Shown here piece by piece: positions 1 to 9,696 of a stretch of DNA of 64,000 nt. The translations under genes and the position numbers were made by a program. The notes under the pieces were generated by a model. The model was not told the DNA's origin and searched no databases. It saw nothing but the letters and a program-made list of their open reading frames with translations. This stretch comes from Sulfolobales archaeon (GTDB taxonomy: Archaea > Thermoproteota > Thermoprotei_A > Sulfolobales > NBVN01). Positions within the stretch are counted from its first letter, which is position 1. Every line of letters begins with the position of its first letter. Location of the stretch: the NCBI GenBank assembly GCA_025058345.1, contig JANXEN010000003.1, positions 119,578 to 183,577 on the forward strand. Direction: 5' to 3'.

Positions 1-830
1 AATCCCATCTTAACGGCGTTAGTAAGTCTGGGTTTCATAGGCCTATATATATCCTCAGGAATAACCTCCCCAACTAATTCATGTAGGTTTAAATCCAACA
101 CAGCGTTGAAGAATCCGTTCTCAATCAATTCCTCCATAGCTGAGCCTCCTGCCCCAGATGCGTGGAAAACGACTACTTCATAATTTAATTTCTTCAACAT
201 CTCAACACAGGATTTAGTAAGTTTTCCAGTTGAACCTAAAGTAGTTATCGCAATCCTCTTAGCTGAGTCATAAACGTCTATACCTCTATAACCTAATACC
301 ATACCAGCCATAGCGTTGACGGCATTTCTAAGTATAACTTTAGATATGGTATTTGGTCCAAACTCAAGGTCAGAAACTGAGAACATCATCATTATGTCTT
401 TATATTCTATGTATGGCCTAATATTACCTGAAGCTACGGTAGATACCAATAACTTAGGAATACCTAGTGGTAATGATTTCATAGCAATTGATGCAGCGGC
501 TGTCCCTTGATTACCGCCAATTCCTATAACTCCACCTAATTCCCTAAGCATTTTATTAAGTACTTTGCCTGCACCTAAACCCATTGTCTTAATAGCTTCA
601 TCTCTCCTAATAATTCCTGATTTAACGCCTTCCGCAAATTCTTTAGGGTCTATATTTAATTCCCTTAATATATCCTCTCTAGGGACATCTGGTTTAGCCT
701 TAGGTTCATCCAATATACCCAAATCAAATATGATGGGTTCTAAGCCGTATTCCAGGAGTAAGTTCTTAATATAGAAAGCTTCCATACCCTTAGTATCTAA
801 GGTAGCTAATACTACTACCTTTCTACCCAT
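1..830 (-). CDS. Tm-1-like ATP-binding domain protein (UPF0261), 3' end truncated by window edge
   Basis: Not in the ORF track. Manual translation from ATG at 830 gives MGRKVVVLATLDTKGMEA...GIGGNQGTAAASIAMKSLPLGIPKLLVST...FHASGAGG..ME, typical of UPF0261. Confidence 0.85.
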   Translation of the reverse strand, partial: MGRKVVVLATLDTKGMEAFYIKNLLLEYGLEPIIFDLGILDEPKAKPDVPREDILRELNIDPKEFAEGVKSGIIRRDEAIKTMGLGAGKVLNKMLRELGGVIGIGGNQGTAAASIAMKSLPLGIPKLLVSTVASGNIRPYIEYKDIMMMFSVSDLEFGPNTISKVILRNAVNAMAGMVLGYRGIDVYDSAKRIAITTLGSTGKLTKSCVEMLKKLNYEVVVFHASGAGGSAMEELIENGFFNAVLDLNLHELVGEVIPEDIYRPMKPRLTNAVKMG

Positions 831-863
831 GAGTGAATACCTAAGTTCCTAAGTAAATCGTTT

Positions 864-1724
864 TTAAAATGCTCTTTCTTCGAAATCCCTAACTTTAGCT
901 TTTATATTGACGTTCTTAAGTTCCTTGCAGAACTCAGCTAAATGAGTTGATATCCTATCAACCAATAACCTTCCGGTTTCAGGTGTTGCTATGAAGGGAT
1001 CACCTATGGTTGCGTTATCGCTATACTCGTGGTGTTCTAACGGTATCCAAATGTTCTCGCTACCCATGAACTCTATAGTCGGCGTTCCATCAGTTTTAAT
1101 GAACTTCTCACCTAACCATTTAGGTGCGTGTATACTTCTAGGCTGAGCCCTCTCCATCTTAACTAAGTGAGGTCTGTAATACATGAGGATTGCTGTCTCC
1201 TCCTCACCTGAATGCCAGCCTGGGGCATCCTCCGGTTTTGACTTAAGTAGATCTTTAATTAACTTAATATCGCGTTCTGTAGGTACCTTATACCATATAG
1301 GCAGTGCACCGGTTTTATACCTTATAGCCCTTAACGCATCGTCCATGACCTTAGTGTTGGATCCGTGGTGGGAAACGAATATTAACTTATTAAATCCGTG
1401 GTATATGAGGCTCAAGGCGATATCGTACAGCATATATCTGAAAGTCGTCCCCCTTAAAGTTATAGAGCCGTATCCCCTATTAACTTCACCCATGTGATGT
1501 GGAGAGTAACCGTAAGGCATTAATGGTGTGTGTGGTACGTTGCCCTTCTCCGCAGCTTTCTCAACTACTGCGAGCGTTATGTAGCTATCAGTTCCTAGAG
1601 GTATATGCGGTCCATGCTTCTCACAACTACCTATAGGTATCAACACGACGTCTGTCTCCTTCAGCCACTCCTGCGCTTCTACAAAGCTACACTCAAGTAA
1701 ATTATAAGGCTTTTTCGAACTTAT
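864..1724 (-). CDS. creatininase / creatinine amidohydrolase family protein
   Basis: Motifs PIGSCEKHG..LPLGTD, SHHGSN, HSGEEET. The frame is open upstream of the track start (1646) to a stop at 1731-1733; probable start is ATA at 1724 behind GGTGAT. Confidence 0.85.
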   Translation of the reverse strand: MSSKKPYNLLECSFVEAQEWLKETDVVLIPIGSCEKHGPHIPLGTDSYITLAVVEKAAEKGNVPHTPLMPYGYSPHHMGEVNRGYGSITLRGTTFRYMLYDIALSLIYHGFNKLIFVSHHGSNTKVMDDALRAIRYKTGALPIWYKVPTERDIKLIKDLLKSKPEDAPGWHSGEEETAILMYYRPHLVKMERAQPRSIHAPKWLGEKFIKTDGTPTIEFMGSENIWIPLEHHEYSDNATIGDPFIATPETGRLLVDRISTHLAEFCKELKNVNIKAKVRDFEERAF

Positions 1725-1784
1725 ACCACATCACCTTATACCTAAGGAATTAATCCTTAAAAAACGTTTACTTAAAGATATTAA

Positions 1785-3641
1785 TTACTTTATTAATTTT
1801 CTCTTACGTAGGACTGTGTTAATAATCGTCGCTACTGAGAGTATTGATAGTCCAACAACATCTGTTAAGTAAGTGATTTCAGGGTATGCAAGTAATATAC
1901 CTGCTAAACCGTATAATATTCTCTCAGGTATTGAAATCGACCTCATGAAGTATCCTGTAATTGCAACTGTTATGCTGATGAGTCCTAATAACCCTAAAAT
2001 AAATGATGCAGCTGCTTCTAATGGAGTGCCTAGAGCTAATAGAGACGGTCTTATTGTGAAGATGAAGGGCACTATGAATGCCGGTAATGCAATCTTAATT
2101 GCGTGATATCCTGATTTCATGATATCTGAGTTGAATATGGCACACGCGGTGTATAGGGCTAAGGCGACAGGTGGAGTAATGGTTGAAAATGTTGCGAAGT
2201 AGAATATGAACATGTGTGCAGCGATTGGCGGGATGCCAAGCTTGACGACTGCTGAGGCAATAGTAATAGCTACTATTAGATAAGCGACCGTAGCCGGCAA
2301 CCCCATACCCAAAATAATGCATGAGAACATTATTAAGATTAAGGCAAGAATTAGGTTACCAGCCGATAAAGATTCTATAGTAAGAGATAATTTTAGACCG
2401 AGACCAGTCATCATAACAGATGAATATATCATACACGCGGCTGAGATAGCTACACCAAGCATCACTACCCTGTCAAAAGCCTCATGAACAGCTTCTATGA
2501 AATCCCTTAAACTCAGCCTTGTGCCTTTCCTAATAAAAGATACTAAGATCGTCGATATTATGGCATACATCGCAGCCCTAGTTGGTGAATAACCTAATAG
2601 TATGAAGTACGTCACTACGAATAAAGGTATTAACGTGTGTCCATATTCTTTAATTAAATTTAAGTTATTGGTTCGACTCACGGTTGCTGAACCTTTTAAA
2701 CTACCACGAGCTAGCAATAGAGATGAATCTAAATAGACGTGGATTATTAACGATAAGAAGTAGAGAAAACCCGGAAGGAATGCAGCGATAACTATATCCC
2801 TATATGATATTCCTAGAAGGTCAGCCATTAAAAATGCTGCGGCACCCATAACTGGGGGCATTATTAATGCTCCTGCAGCGCCTGCAGCTATTATAGCTGC
2901 AGACTTTTCTGGAGTAAACCCATATGACTTCAATAATGGCTGGAAAGTCGTCCCTGTTAAGGCGGCGTTTTCCGGAGCACTTCCAGAAACCATCCCTAAA
3001 AACATATTGCTAAGGACTGAGACTATCCCAGGACCGCCCTTCACTTTTGAAATCGGGGAAAGACCATCAATTATTAACTTAGTCGTCTTAATTCTGTGTA
3101 ACAAAGAACCCATTATGTTGAACGCTATTACGTAAGTAGCAGCTATACTCATTGGAGTACTCCATAACCCCTCTCTAGTCATGTAGAGATATCCGATAAG
3201 CATGTTGAGTGGGTAGCCGCCATGTCCCCACATACCAGGAATGTAGTTTCCGAAGTACGAGTAAAGTATAAATGCTAGTGATACCAACGTCAATACCTTA
3301 CCTACGTAGATCCATGTAAGCATCAATATAGATACGATAGTTATGATGCCGAAGACGAATTCAAGCTGTGTTGGTATACCAGCTCTGTAGGCAACATCAA
3401 CATAGTTAACAGATATGTAAATTGATGGTATTACAGAAATTATTGAGAGCGGTATTAATCCCACTTTCATAATGTTGGATTTAGCCTTCTTGAAGAGCTT
3501 TAAGAAAGCTAATATTAAAACCATCTGAAGGAATAAACTGTTCTGAAGAAATGGATCAAAAGTGTAGGTTAAGAAACTATAGAGAAAAATGGCACCATAT
3601 ATTATTGCAACCGTTCTACTGGCTAACCATAAGGTATCCAT
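1785..3641 (-). CDS. TRAP transporter fused permease (4TM/12TM, TAXI type)
   Basis: 618 aa, highly hydrophobic, with IMPPVMGAAAF, LGMGLP and ITPPVAL motifs; adjacent to a TAXI receptor. Confidence 0.9.
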   Translation of the reverse strand: MDTLWLASRTVAIIYGAIFLYSFLTYTFDPFLQNSLFLQMVLILAFLKLFKKAKSNIMKVGLIPLSIISVIPSIYISVNYVDVAYRAGIPTQLEFVFGIITIVSILMLTWIYVGKVLTLVSLAFILYSYFGNYIPGMWGHGGYPLNMLIGYLYMTREGLWSTPMSIAATYVIAFNIMGSLLHRIKTTKLIIDGLSPISKVKGGPGIVSVLSNMFLGMVSGSAPENAALTGTTFQPLLKSYGFTPEKSAAIIAAGAAGALIMPPVMGAAAFLMADLLGISYRDIVIAAFLPGFLYFLSLIIHVYLDSSLLLARGSLKGSATVSRTNNLNLIKEYGHTLIPLFVVTYFILLGYSPTRAAMYAIISTILVSFIRKGTRLSLRDFIEAVHEAFDRVVMLGVAISAACMIYSSVMMTGLGLKLSLTIESLSAGNLILALILIMFSCIILGMGLPATVAYLIVAITIASAVVKLGIPPIAAHMFIFYFATFSTITPPVALALYTACAIFNSDIMKSGYHAIKIALPAFIVPFIFTIRPSLLALGTPLEAAASFILGLLGLISITVAITGYFMRSISIPERILYGLAGILLAYPEITYLTDVVGLSILSVATIINTVLRKRKLIK

Positions 3642-3718
3642 TTAAACACCTTGACCTCATAAAGTTAGATTTTAAGGAAAAAATATTTTTAGTATTGACC
3701 TAGTAAGTTAAGTTAAAG

Positions 3719-4711
3719 CTATCTTTTAGGTAGTAATTGATCAGGTATTTTGATGTTCTTCTCGTTATAATATTTAACTACACCTGGATGCAGTGGTACA
3801 GGTGCCTTCAGCAGCAGCTCAGGTTTTAAATCCTTAGCCTGCGGATAAGACTCTGTTAGAGGTCCTACATTTTCATAAATAGCCTTCACTGCATTGTATA
3901 TGAAGTTTTCGGGCATGTCTGAACGTGCCACAACTAATGTCCAATCTACAGGTACTAAAGCGGGGTTCGATCCTTCGTATTGAGTGCTGAAGTCAAAGGT
4001 TTCGAAACTTAGATGGGGTAACGCATTTTTAATCTTATTTACCTCCTCAGATGATAGGGAAATCACCCTCAATTTCTTACTTAGTGATAACTCCTTATAC
4101 TGTGATGCGAATGTTGTTGAGGCGGCAGCATCTATTTCACCTTTAGATAACGCAATCGCAGCATCGGTATGCGTCAAGTATGTGGGGGCGATATTGATAC
4201 CTAAGACGTTGAATATCTGTGCGGCGAGCTGCTCAGTTAAGGAACCCCTTGTTAGGATATTAACCCTCTTACCATTAAGGTCTGACATTGATTTGATTGG
4301 GGAGTCCGCAGGAACTAGTACATGAAAATATGTTGGCGGTAGTAATGGGAACACAGCGTACACCTTAGAGGTGCAGTTACCGTAAGGCGCTTCCGCACGG
4401 AGGATTTTAAGCGCTTCACCGGCACTCACTACTCCAAACTCACCAACACCGCCGCACATCTTCTTTGCATTATCTACGAATCCCTGTGTGGCTTCGAGAG
4501 TGTAAGTAACTCCCGAAATCCTATTCTGCCACACCTTTATTAAAGCGGTTCCGAATTGATATCCGCCACCACCTGAAACTCCAGCCATGAATCGAACATG
4601 CGATATTTGAGGAGTTGATGGTGTTGATGTCGCATAATATGCAGCTATTCCTACTACTATTACCACTAAGATGAGTGTTAAAGCTATGTATTTGCCTTTG
4701 GCGCTACTCAA
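3719..4711 (-). CDS. TAXI family TRAP solute-binding protein
   Basis: N-terminal membrane anchor, AGVSGGGGY, TQGFVDN and C-terminal VPLHPGVVKYY motifs. Confidence 0.9.
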   Translation of the reverse strand: MSSAKGKYIALTLILVVIVVGIAAYYATSTPSTPQISHVRFMAGVSGGGGYQFGTALIKVWQNRISGVTYTLEATQGFVDNAKKMCGGVGEFGVVSAGEALKILRAEAPYGNCTSKVYAVFPLLPPTYFHVLVPADSPIKSMSDLNGKRVNILTRGSLTEQLAAQIFNVLGINIAPTYLTHTDAAIALSKGEIDAAASTTFASQYKELSLSKKLRVISLSSEEVNKIKNALPHLSFETFDFSTQYEGSNPALVPVDWTLVVARSDMPENFIYNAVKAIYENVGPLTESYPQAKDLKPELLLKAPVPLHPGVVKYYNEKNIKIPDQLLPKR

Positions 4712-4866
4712 AATTTACCCCATATCATAAACTATGAAGCGTTAATAAGTTTTATAGTTGGTTGATGCGGATTATTGCCTCAGAACGGTGATAATTTGTA
4801 GATTCAGTGATTATCTACTTCATCAGTGGATACGTTTGGATATTTAATTTAAGTGAGTATTACGGA

Positions 4867-5715
4867 TTATAAATTTAGCTCCTTCTTTATGTAAAGGTCT
4901 ATGTCGTTACCTATTTCAAATGACCTCTTATATGCAGCCTCGATCGTCTCAATCAACGCTGACTTAATACCTCTTGACTCCATAACTGCTAGTCCTCGAA
5001 TTGTGGTACCGCCGGGCGTGGTTACTTCATCCCTAACTTCAGCTGGATGTACGTCCCTATTCTTAAGAAGTATTGCAGTACCTTCGAGAACGTCTAATAT
5101 TGCTTTATACGCTATATCCCTAGGCATGCCAGATGCGACAGCTCCAAGGACTAATGCGTCGATGATTTCAGATATGAATGCTGGACCACTACCAGCTAAT
5201 GCAGTCCATATATCGATGTATTCTTCCGGGACCCAGTAGACGGTGCCCAAACATTTAAACATATCTCCAATTACTTCCTTCGCATACGTATCGTTATTTA
5301 ATGTTGATATTGCGGTCGATGCCTTCTTAACCGATGCATTGATGTTTGTCATAGCTCTAAATACCTTAGCATTCGTCAATACTGTCTCTAAAGTTCTCAG
5401 TTTAATGCCAGCCATCACTGACACAATCTTTTTCCCATTCCATACATCCCTTCCAACTTCCCTAATTATAACAGGAAAGTGATGTGGCTTAACACTAAGT
5501 ATTATTAGATCTGCCTTCGTTACAGCCTCTTTGTTATTCCTAGTAGTATCTGCTCCTAACGATTTAGCGTTCTCTAAAGTGATATCCCTCCGCCCAGTAG
5601 CTATTAACTTAATGTCGGGGTAGCACTCCTTTATAGCCTTAATTATGGCTGAACCTATCTTACCAGCACCTATTACTGCAATAGTTCTAACATCCCGCGA
5701 TAAACTCACCTTCAA
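4867..5715 (-). CDS. proC: pyrroline-5-carboxylate reductase
   Basis: IGAGKIG Rossmann motif, LSVKP, ALAGSGPA, VTTPGGTTIRG. Confidence 0.93.
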   Translation of the reverse strand: MKVSLSRDVRTIAVIGAGKIGSAIIKAIKECYPDIKLIATGRRDITLENAKSLGADTTRNNKEAVTKADLIILSVKPHHFPVIIREVGRDVWNGKKIVSVMAGIKLRTLETVLTNAKVFRAMTNINASVKKASTAISTLNNDTYAKEVIGDMFKCLGTVYWVPEEYIDIWTALAGSGPAFISEIIDALVLGAVASGMPRDIAYKAILDVLEGTAILLKNRDVHPAEVRDEVTTPGGTTIRGLAVMESRGIKSALIETIEAAYKRSFEIGNDIDLYIKKELNL

Positions 5716-6083
5716 TACCTACAGTATTAAACGACTAGCACTTAAAAACGTGACTAAATGCGGTACGTAATGAATGGGTGTGGACGATATGGAAGTATTT
5801 AAGACGTATATACTCCTCTAGAATATCACTATGGGGATACAGTGAGATGTCTATAGAATCAATTTACTTAGGACCTGAGTCTGATGCAGCCTATTTACCG
5901 CTAATGAGATCAACGTGTAAAGAACATGTCCCTACCAGTATAAGGTCGTCAATCCATGGTGAAAATTTTAGAAAGTTCTTGTTATTTAGTAATTTATTGA
6001 ATTCATTAAGCAATTATTGTATCACGCTTAGAAGTGTGGAATGTTGTAGCGAACGTTGATTTACTATTAGTTGGTGGTATTTT

Positions 6084-7067
6084 ATGGTCGGAGAATCTAT
6101 AATGGTAGAAAAGATTGTTAAGAGATTTAGGGATGTTACAGCAGTTGATGGAGTGTCCTTTTCCGTGAGGGAGGGTGAGGTCTATGGTTTGTTAGGCCCT
6201 AATGGTGCTGGTAAGACGACAACAATTCATATCTTGACGACTTTATTAAGGCCTACCTCAGGTACTGCATACGTTGCTGGCTACGACGTCGTTAAGGAGT
6301 CCGATAAGGTTAGGAAGGAAATAGGTATAGTGTTTCAAGATCCCTCCTTAGATGATCAGTTGACCGCATACGATAACATGTATATTCACGGTAAGCTCTA
6401 CGGTTTAAAAGGCGATGTTTTAAGGTCTAAGATCTTAGAGATGTTGGATTTCGTTGATTTAAAGGACTTTAAGTATAAGCAGGTGAAGTACTTTTCAGGA
6501 GGTATGCGTAGGAGATTAGAGATAGCTAGGTCGTTACTGCATGAACCGCATGTTTTATTCTTAGATGAGCCTACGATCGGGTTAGACCCGCAGACGAGAT
6601 TAAAGTTATGGGAATATGTTAGGAGAATTAAAAAGGAGAGAAACATTACGGTATTTTTAACAACGCATTACATGGATGAGGCGGAGGAGTTATGTGATAG
6701 GATTTCGATCATGGATAAAGGAAAGATAGTTGCTGAAGGTAGTGCGGATGAATTGAAGTCCTTAGTAGGTTCTGAAGTTATATACCTTAAATTTAAGAAC
6801 GAATTTAATAAAGTGAGTGGGTGTTTAGAAGCAGACTTTATAATCAAATGTAATAGGGTTAAGGACAACTTAATGGAAATAGTTGTTAAGGATGCTACGA
6901 CTGCTTTACCCCAACTCTTCGAAATAATTAATAGGTTAAACATAGAAGTCACTGAAGTCAGCTATAAACGCCCGACGTTGAATGAGGTCTTCATAAGTTT
7001 AACTGGGAGGGAATTAAGGGATTCATTAGAGTATGAAACACTCCCTCAATTTATTAGGAGATGGTAG
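6084..7067 (+). CDS. ABC transporter ATP-binding protein (DrrA / multidrug export family)
   Basis: Walker A GPNGAGKTT, FSGGM signature, LDEPT, TTHYM. Confidence 0.92.
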   Translation: MVGESIMVEKIVKRFRDVTAVDGVSFSVREGEVYGLLGPNGAGKTTTIHILTTLLRPTSGTAYVAGYDVVKESDKVRKEIGIVFQDPSLDDQLTAYDNMYIHGKLYGLKGDVLRSKILEMLDFVDLKDFKYKQVKYFSGGMRRRLEIARSLLHEPHVLFLDEPTIGLDPQTRLKLWEYVRRIKKERNITVFLTTHYMDEAEELCDRISIMDKGKIVAEGSADELKSLVGSEVIYLKFKNEFNKVSGCLEADFIIKCNRVKDNLMEIVVKDATTALPQLFEIINRLNIEVTEVSYKRPTLNEVFISLTGRELRDSLEYETLPQFIRRW

Positions 7068-7837
7068 GTATGGATGGATTCGTAACTATGATCTACAGGC
7101 AGATTAAAAGGTTCATCAACTCAAGATCTAGGTTCGTAATGTCTATAGTCAATCCCATCATCTGGATAATATTTTTCGGTTTAGGTTGGAGTAATGTCTT
7201 CAGATTCCCTGAAGCTAAGGTAATATTTGGAGGACTTGATTACCTTACCTACTTAGCATCAGGCATGGTCGCTATGTCGATTATCATGAGTTCCTTCATG
7301 AGTGGAATGTCAGTAATATGGGATAAAAGGTTTGGATTCCTTAAAGAGACCTTAGTAGCGCCAGCGTCAAGAGCGGAAGTTATTTTAGGTAGAGCTTTCG
7401 GTGACTCCATAATCAGCGTTTTTCAAGGACTTATCATCCTCATCTTTATGTACTTCATAACATCTAAAATCAATTTACTCGGGGTACTTCCAGCATTGAC
7501 CTACGGGCTCATACTCGCAATGTGCTTCACATCTTTCGGGCTAGTGATAGCTTTAAAACTATCAAGCATGGAGGGATTTCAAATGATAATAAATTTAATG
7601 ACTATGCCTTTACTATTCCTGGGCGGCATCTTCTACCCAATAGATAGTTTACCTGAGTGGATAAAGGTAATAGCTTACATTAATCCAGTAACCTATGCTG
7701 TTGATGGTATGAGATATAGTTTAACTAGGGTGTCGAAGTTCGAACCCATTGTTGACGTTTTCATACTATCCTCTTTAGCGGCAATTATGTCGGTGCTAGC
7801 TGTACGGAGTTACAATAGCACAACTATAGAGGATTAA
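7061..7837 (+). CDS. ABC-2 type transporter permease
   Basis: About six hydrophobic segments, GFLKETLVAP, FLGGIFYP, NPVTYAVDG; overlaps the ATPase gene. Confidence 0.9.
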   Translation: MVGMDGFVTMIYRQIKRFINSRSRFVMSIVNPIIWIIFFGLGWSNVFRFPEAKVIFGGLDYLTYLASGMVAMSIIMSSFMSGMSVIWDKRFGFLKETLVAPASRAEVILGRAFGDSIISVFQGLIILIFMYFITSKINLLGVLPALTYGLILAMCFTSFGLVIALKLSSMEGFQMIINLMTMPLLFLGGIFYPIDSLPEWIKVIAYINPVTYAVDGMRYSLTRVSKFEPIVDVFILSSLAAIMSVLAVRSYNSTTIED

Positions 7838-7935
7838 GGAATTAAAGAGCGACCTCATAATATACGAACTTAACCACTATTATTTCACGAGATTATGGCT
7901 GAATAAGTATATAAAAGGTTATCAGTTACGTAATA

Positions 7936-9090
7936 GTGGCGACCTCTTTGAAAATTAAAGACTTTGAAATATTTGTGGTTGAGACTCTTCCCCCCTATAG
8001 AGGGGGACGTTACTGGACATTCCTAAAACTCATTACCGATGAAGAAGTTGAGGGAATCGGGGAACTCACATCGTTAGCTGCGGTTGGTAGAGAGGCATCT
8101 AACGTTAAGTTGTTAGAAGACCTCTGTAGACGTTACGTTTTAGGTCACGATCCTTTTAAGATTGAGGCTTTAATGCATCGTCTATATACTTACGACCACG
8201 ACTTCAGGCACCCTGACCTGACTGTCATGTCAGCAATTAGTGCCATCGAAATAGCTTGCTGGGATATTATAGGGAAGTATTTAGGGCACCCCATATATAA
8301 CCTCCTCGGCGGCACGTATAATGAGAAACTTAAAGCATATTCTTACATACCTGAGGGTGAGGGTTGGAGGAAGTTAACACCGGATGAAGTTGCTGAGAAA
8401 TCGTTGAATGTGATTAAGAAGGGGTTTAGAGCCCTCAAACTTGACCCCTTCCCACCGATTTATCCAAGTCCACGAGATATCTCGATTGAGGAAATTAACT
8501 ATGCTAGGAAAATCCTCAAAAGTATTAGAGATACGGTGGGCGATGATGTTGAGATATGTGTAGGCACTCACGGCCAGTTAACCACATACAGTGCCATTAG
8601 AGTTGCTAAGATGTTAGAGGAATTCAACCCATTGTGGTTTGAGGAACCCGTACCTCCTGAAAATGTTGATGAGATGGCTATAGTTGCAGCACATACGACC
8701 GTCCCTATAGCTGCTGGTGAAAGGAGGGTGACTAAATACGAATTCCTGGAGTTACTTCAGAAACGTGCTGCTCGTATCATTCAGATGGATGTTGGACGTT
8801 GTGGAGGAATTTTAGAATCTAAGAAAATAGCATCTATGGCTGAAGCATATTACGCATCAATAGCGCCTCACATGTATTTCGGACCCATAGTCTTAGCTGC
8901 AACGATCCAGTTAGATGTTTGCAGTCCCAACTTCTTAATGCAGGAATTGAATGTAATGGAGATGCATGACACTATACTGAAGGTGCCCATAAAACTGGAG
9001 AACGGATATATAATTCCTCCTAAAGGTCCTGGTTTGGGAGTAGAGTTAAGGGATGACATTGTATCTAAACATATTCGTAGCCGCGTTTAA
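7936..9090 (+). CDS. mandelate racemase / muconate lactonizing enzyme family (enolase superfamily, galactonate dehydratase-like)
   Basis: SAIEIACWDIIGK, WFEEP, AAGER, GPGLG motifs. Confidence 0.88.
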   Translation: MATSLKIKDFEIFVVETLPPYRGGRYWTFLKLITDEEVEGIGELTSLAAVGREASNVKLLEDLCRRYVLGHDPFKIEALMHRLYTYDHDFRHPDLTVMSAISAIEIACWDIIGKYLGHPIYNLLGGTYNEKLKAYSYIPEGEGWRKLTPDEVAEKSLNVIKKGFRALKLDPFPPIYPSPRDISIEEINYARKILKSIRDTVGDDVEICVGTHGQLTTYSAIRVAKMLEEFNPLWFEEPVPPENVDEMAIVAAHTTVPIAAGERRVTKYEFLELLQKRAARIIQMDVGRCGGILESKKIASMAEAYYASIAPHMYFGPIVLAATIQLDVCSPNFLMQELNVMEMHDTILKVPIKLENGYIIPPKGPGLGVELRDDIVSKHIRSRV

Positions 9091-9202
9091 ATTTTATAAT
9101 CAGAGATGAAATTTCATTAAAATATTTTCAAATCTAATAATCGATATTACCTGAATGGATAGATTTTAATTATCGCTATAATAAATCATATGACATGAGT
9201 AT

Positions 9203-9574
9203 TTAAGGCACCTTTTTTACGAACTTGTCTAGGGTAGTGCTTTTTCTTTCTGTAAGCTCTTTACCATATGAGAGAATTATTCTTCTTAATTCGTTGGTTA
9301 ACTCATCCCATGTTATTTTCTCATTTACTGCCCAATCAACTATGACTTCAGAATTCTTACTCAGTAATCTTAAGAAATCTTGCCAGGTGATGTTAAGCCT
9401 CCTTAAATCCTCACCCCACGCATTCCATAAATACTGCGGTAATTTATTATATATTAAGACACCCTTTTGTTTATTCTTAATGTCTTCAGTCTTCATGAGT
9501 TTACTTAAGCTTTTTACCATTTCCTTTATCAATACCGGTTCTTCAACGCGTTTAAGTTCCAAAACATTACCCAT
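9203..9574 (-). CDS. hypothetical protein, Trp-rich core, with C-terminal PIP-box-like tail
   Basis: 123 aa ORF with normal composition; ends RKSTTLDKFVKKVP. Confidence 0.65.
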   Translation of the reverse strand: MGNVLELKRVEEPVLIKEMVKSLSKLMKTEDIKNKQKGVLIYNKLPQYLWNAWGEDLRRLNITWQDFLRLLSKNSEVIVDWAVNEKITWDELTNELRRIILSYGKELTERKSTTLDKFVKKVP

Positions 9575-9696
9575 TTATTTTATCTATTTGAAATTATTAA
9601 TATTCCTAATTAACGTAACGTAACTGTTTCAGAGGATTTCAGTGATTGCTTTAAGCCCTTATTGAGAAGTGTTTAAGAACATTTATTATACTCTAG

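Noticed and set aside
5778-6059. 93-aa ORF between proC and the ABC transporter, and a partial C/D-like word cluster at about 5860-5910
   Set aside because: Atypical composition, no SD or motif, and it covers the likely promoter. The C/D-like words lack a C box and proper spacing. It may be a decayed gene remnant, but I cannot support that.
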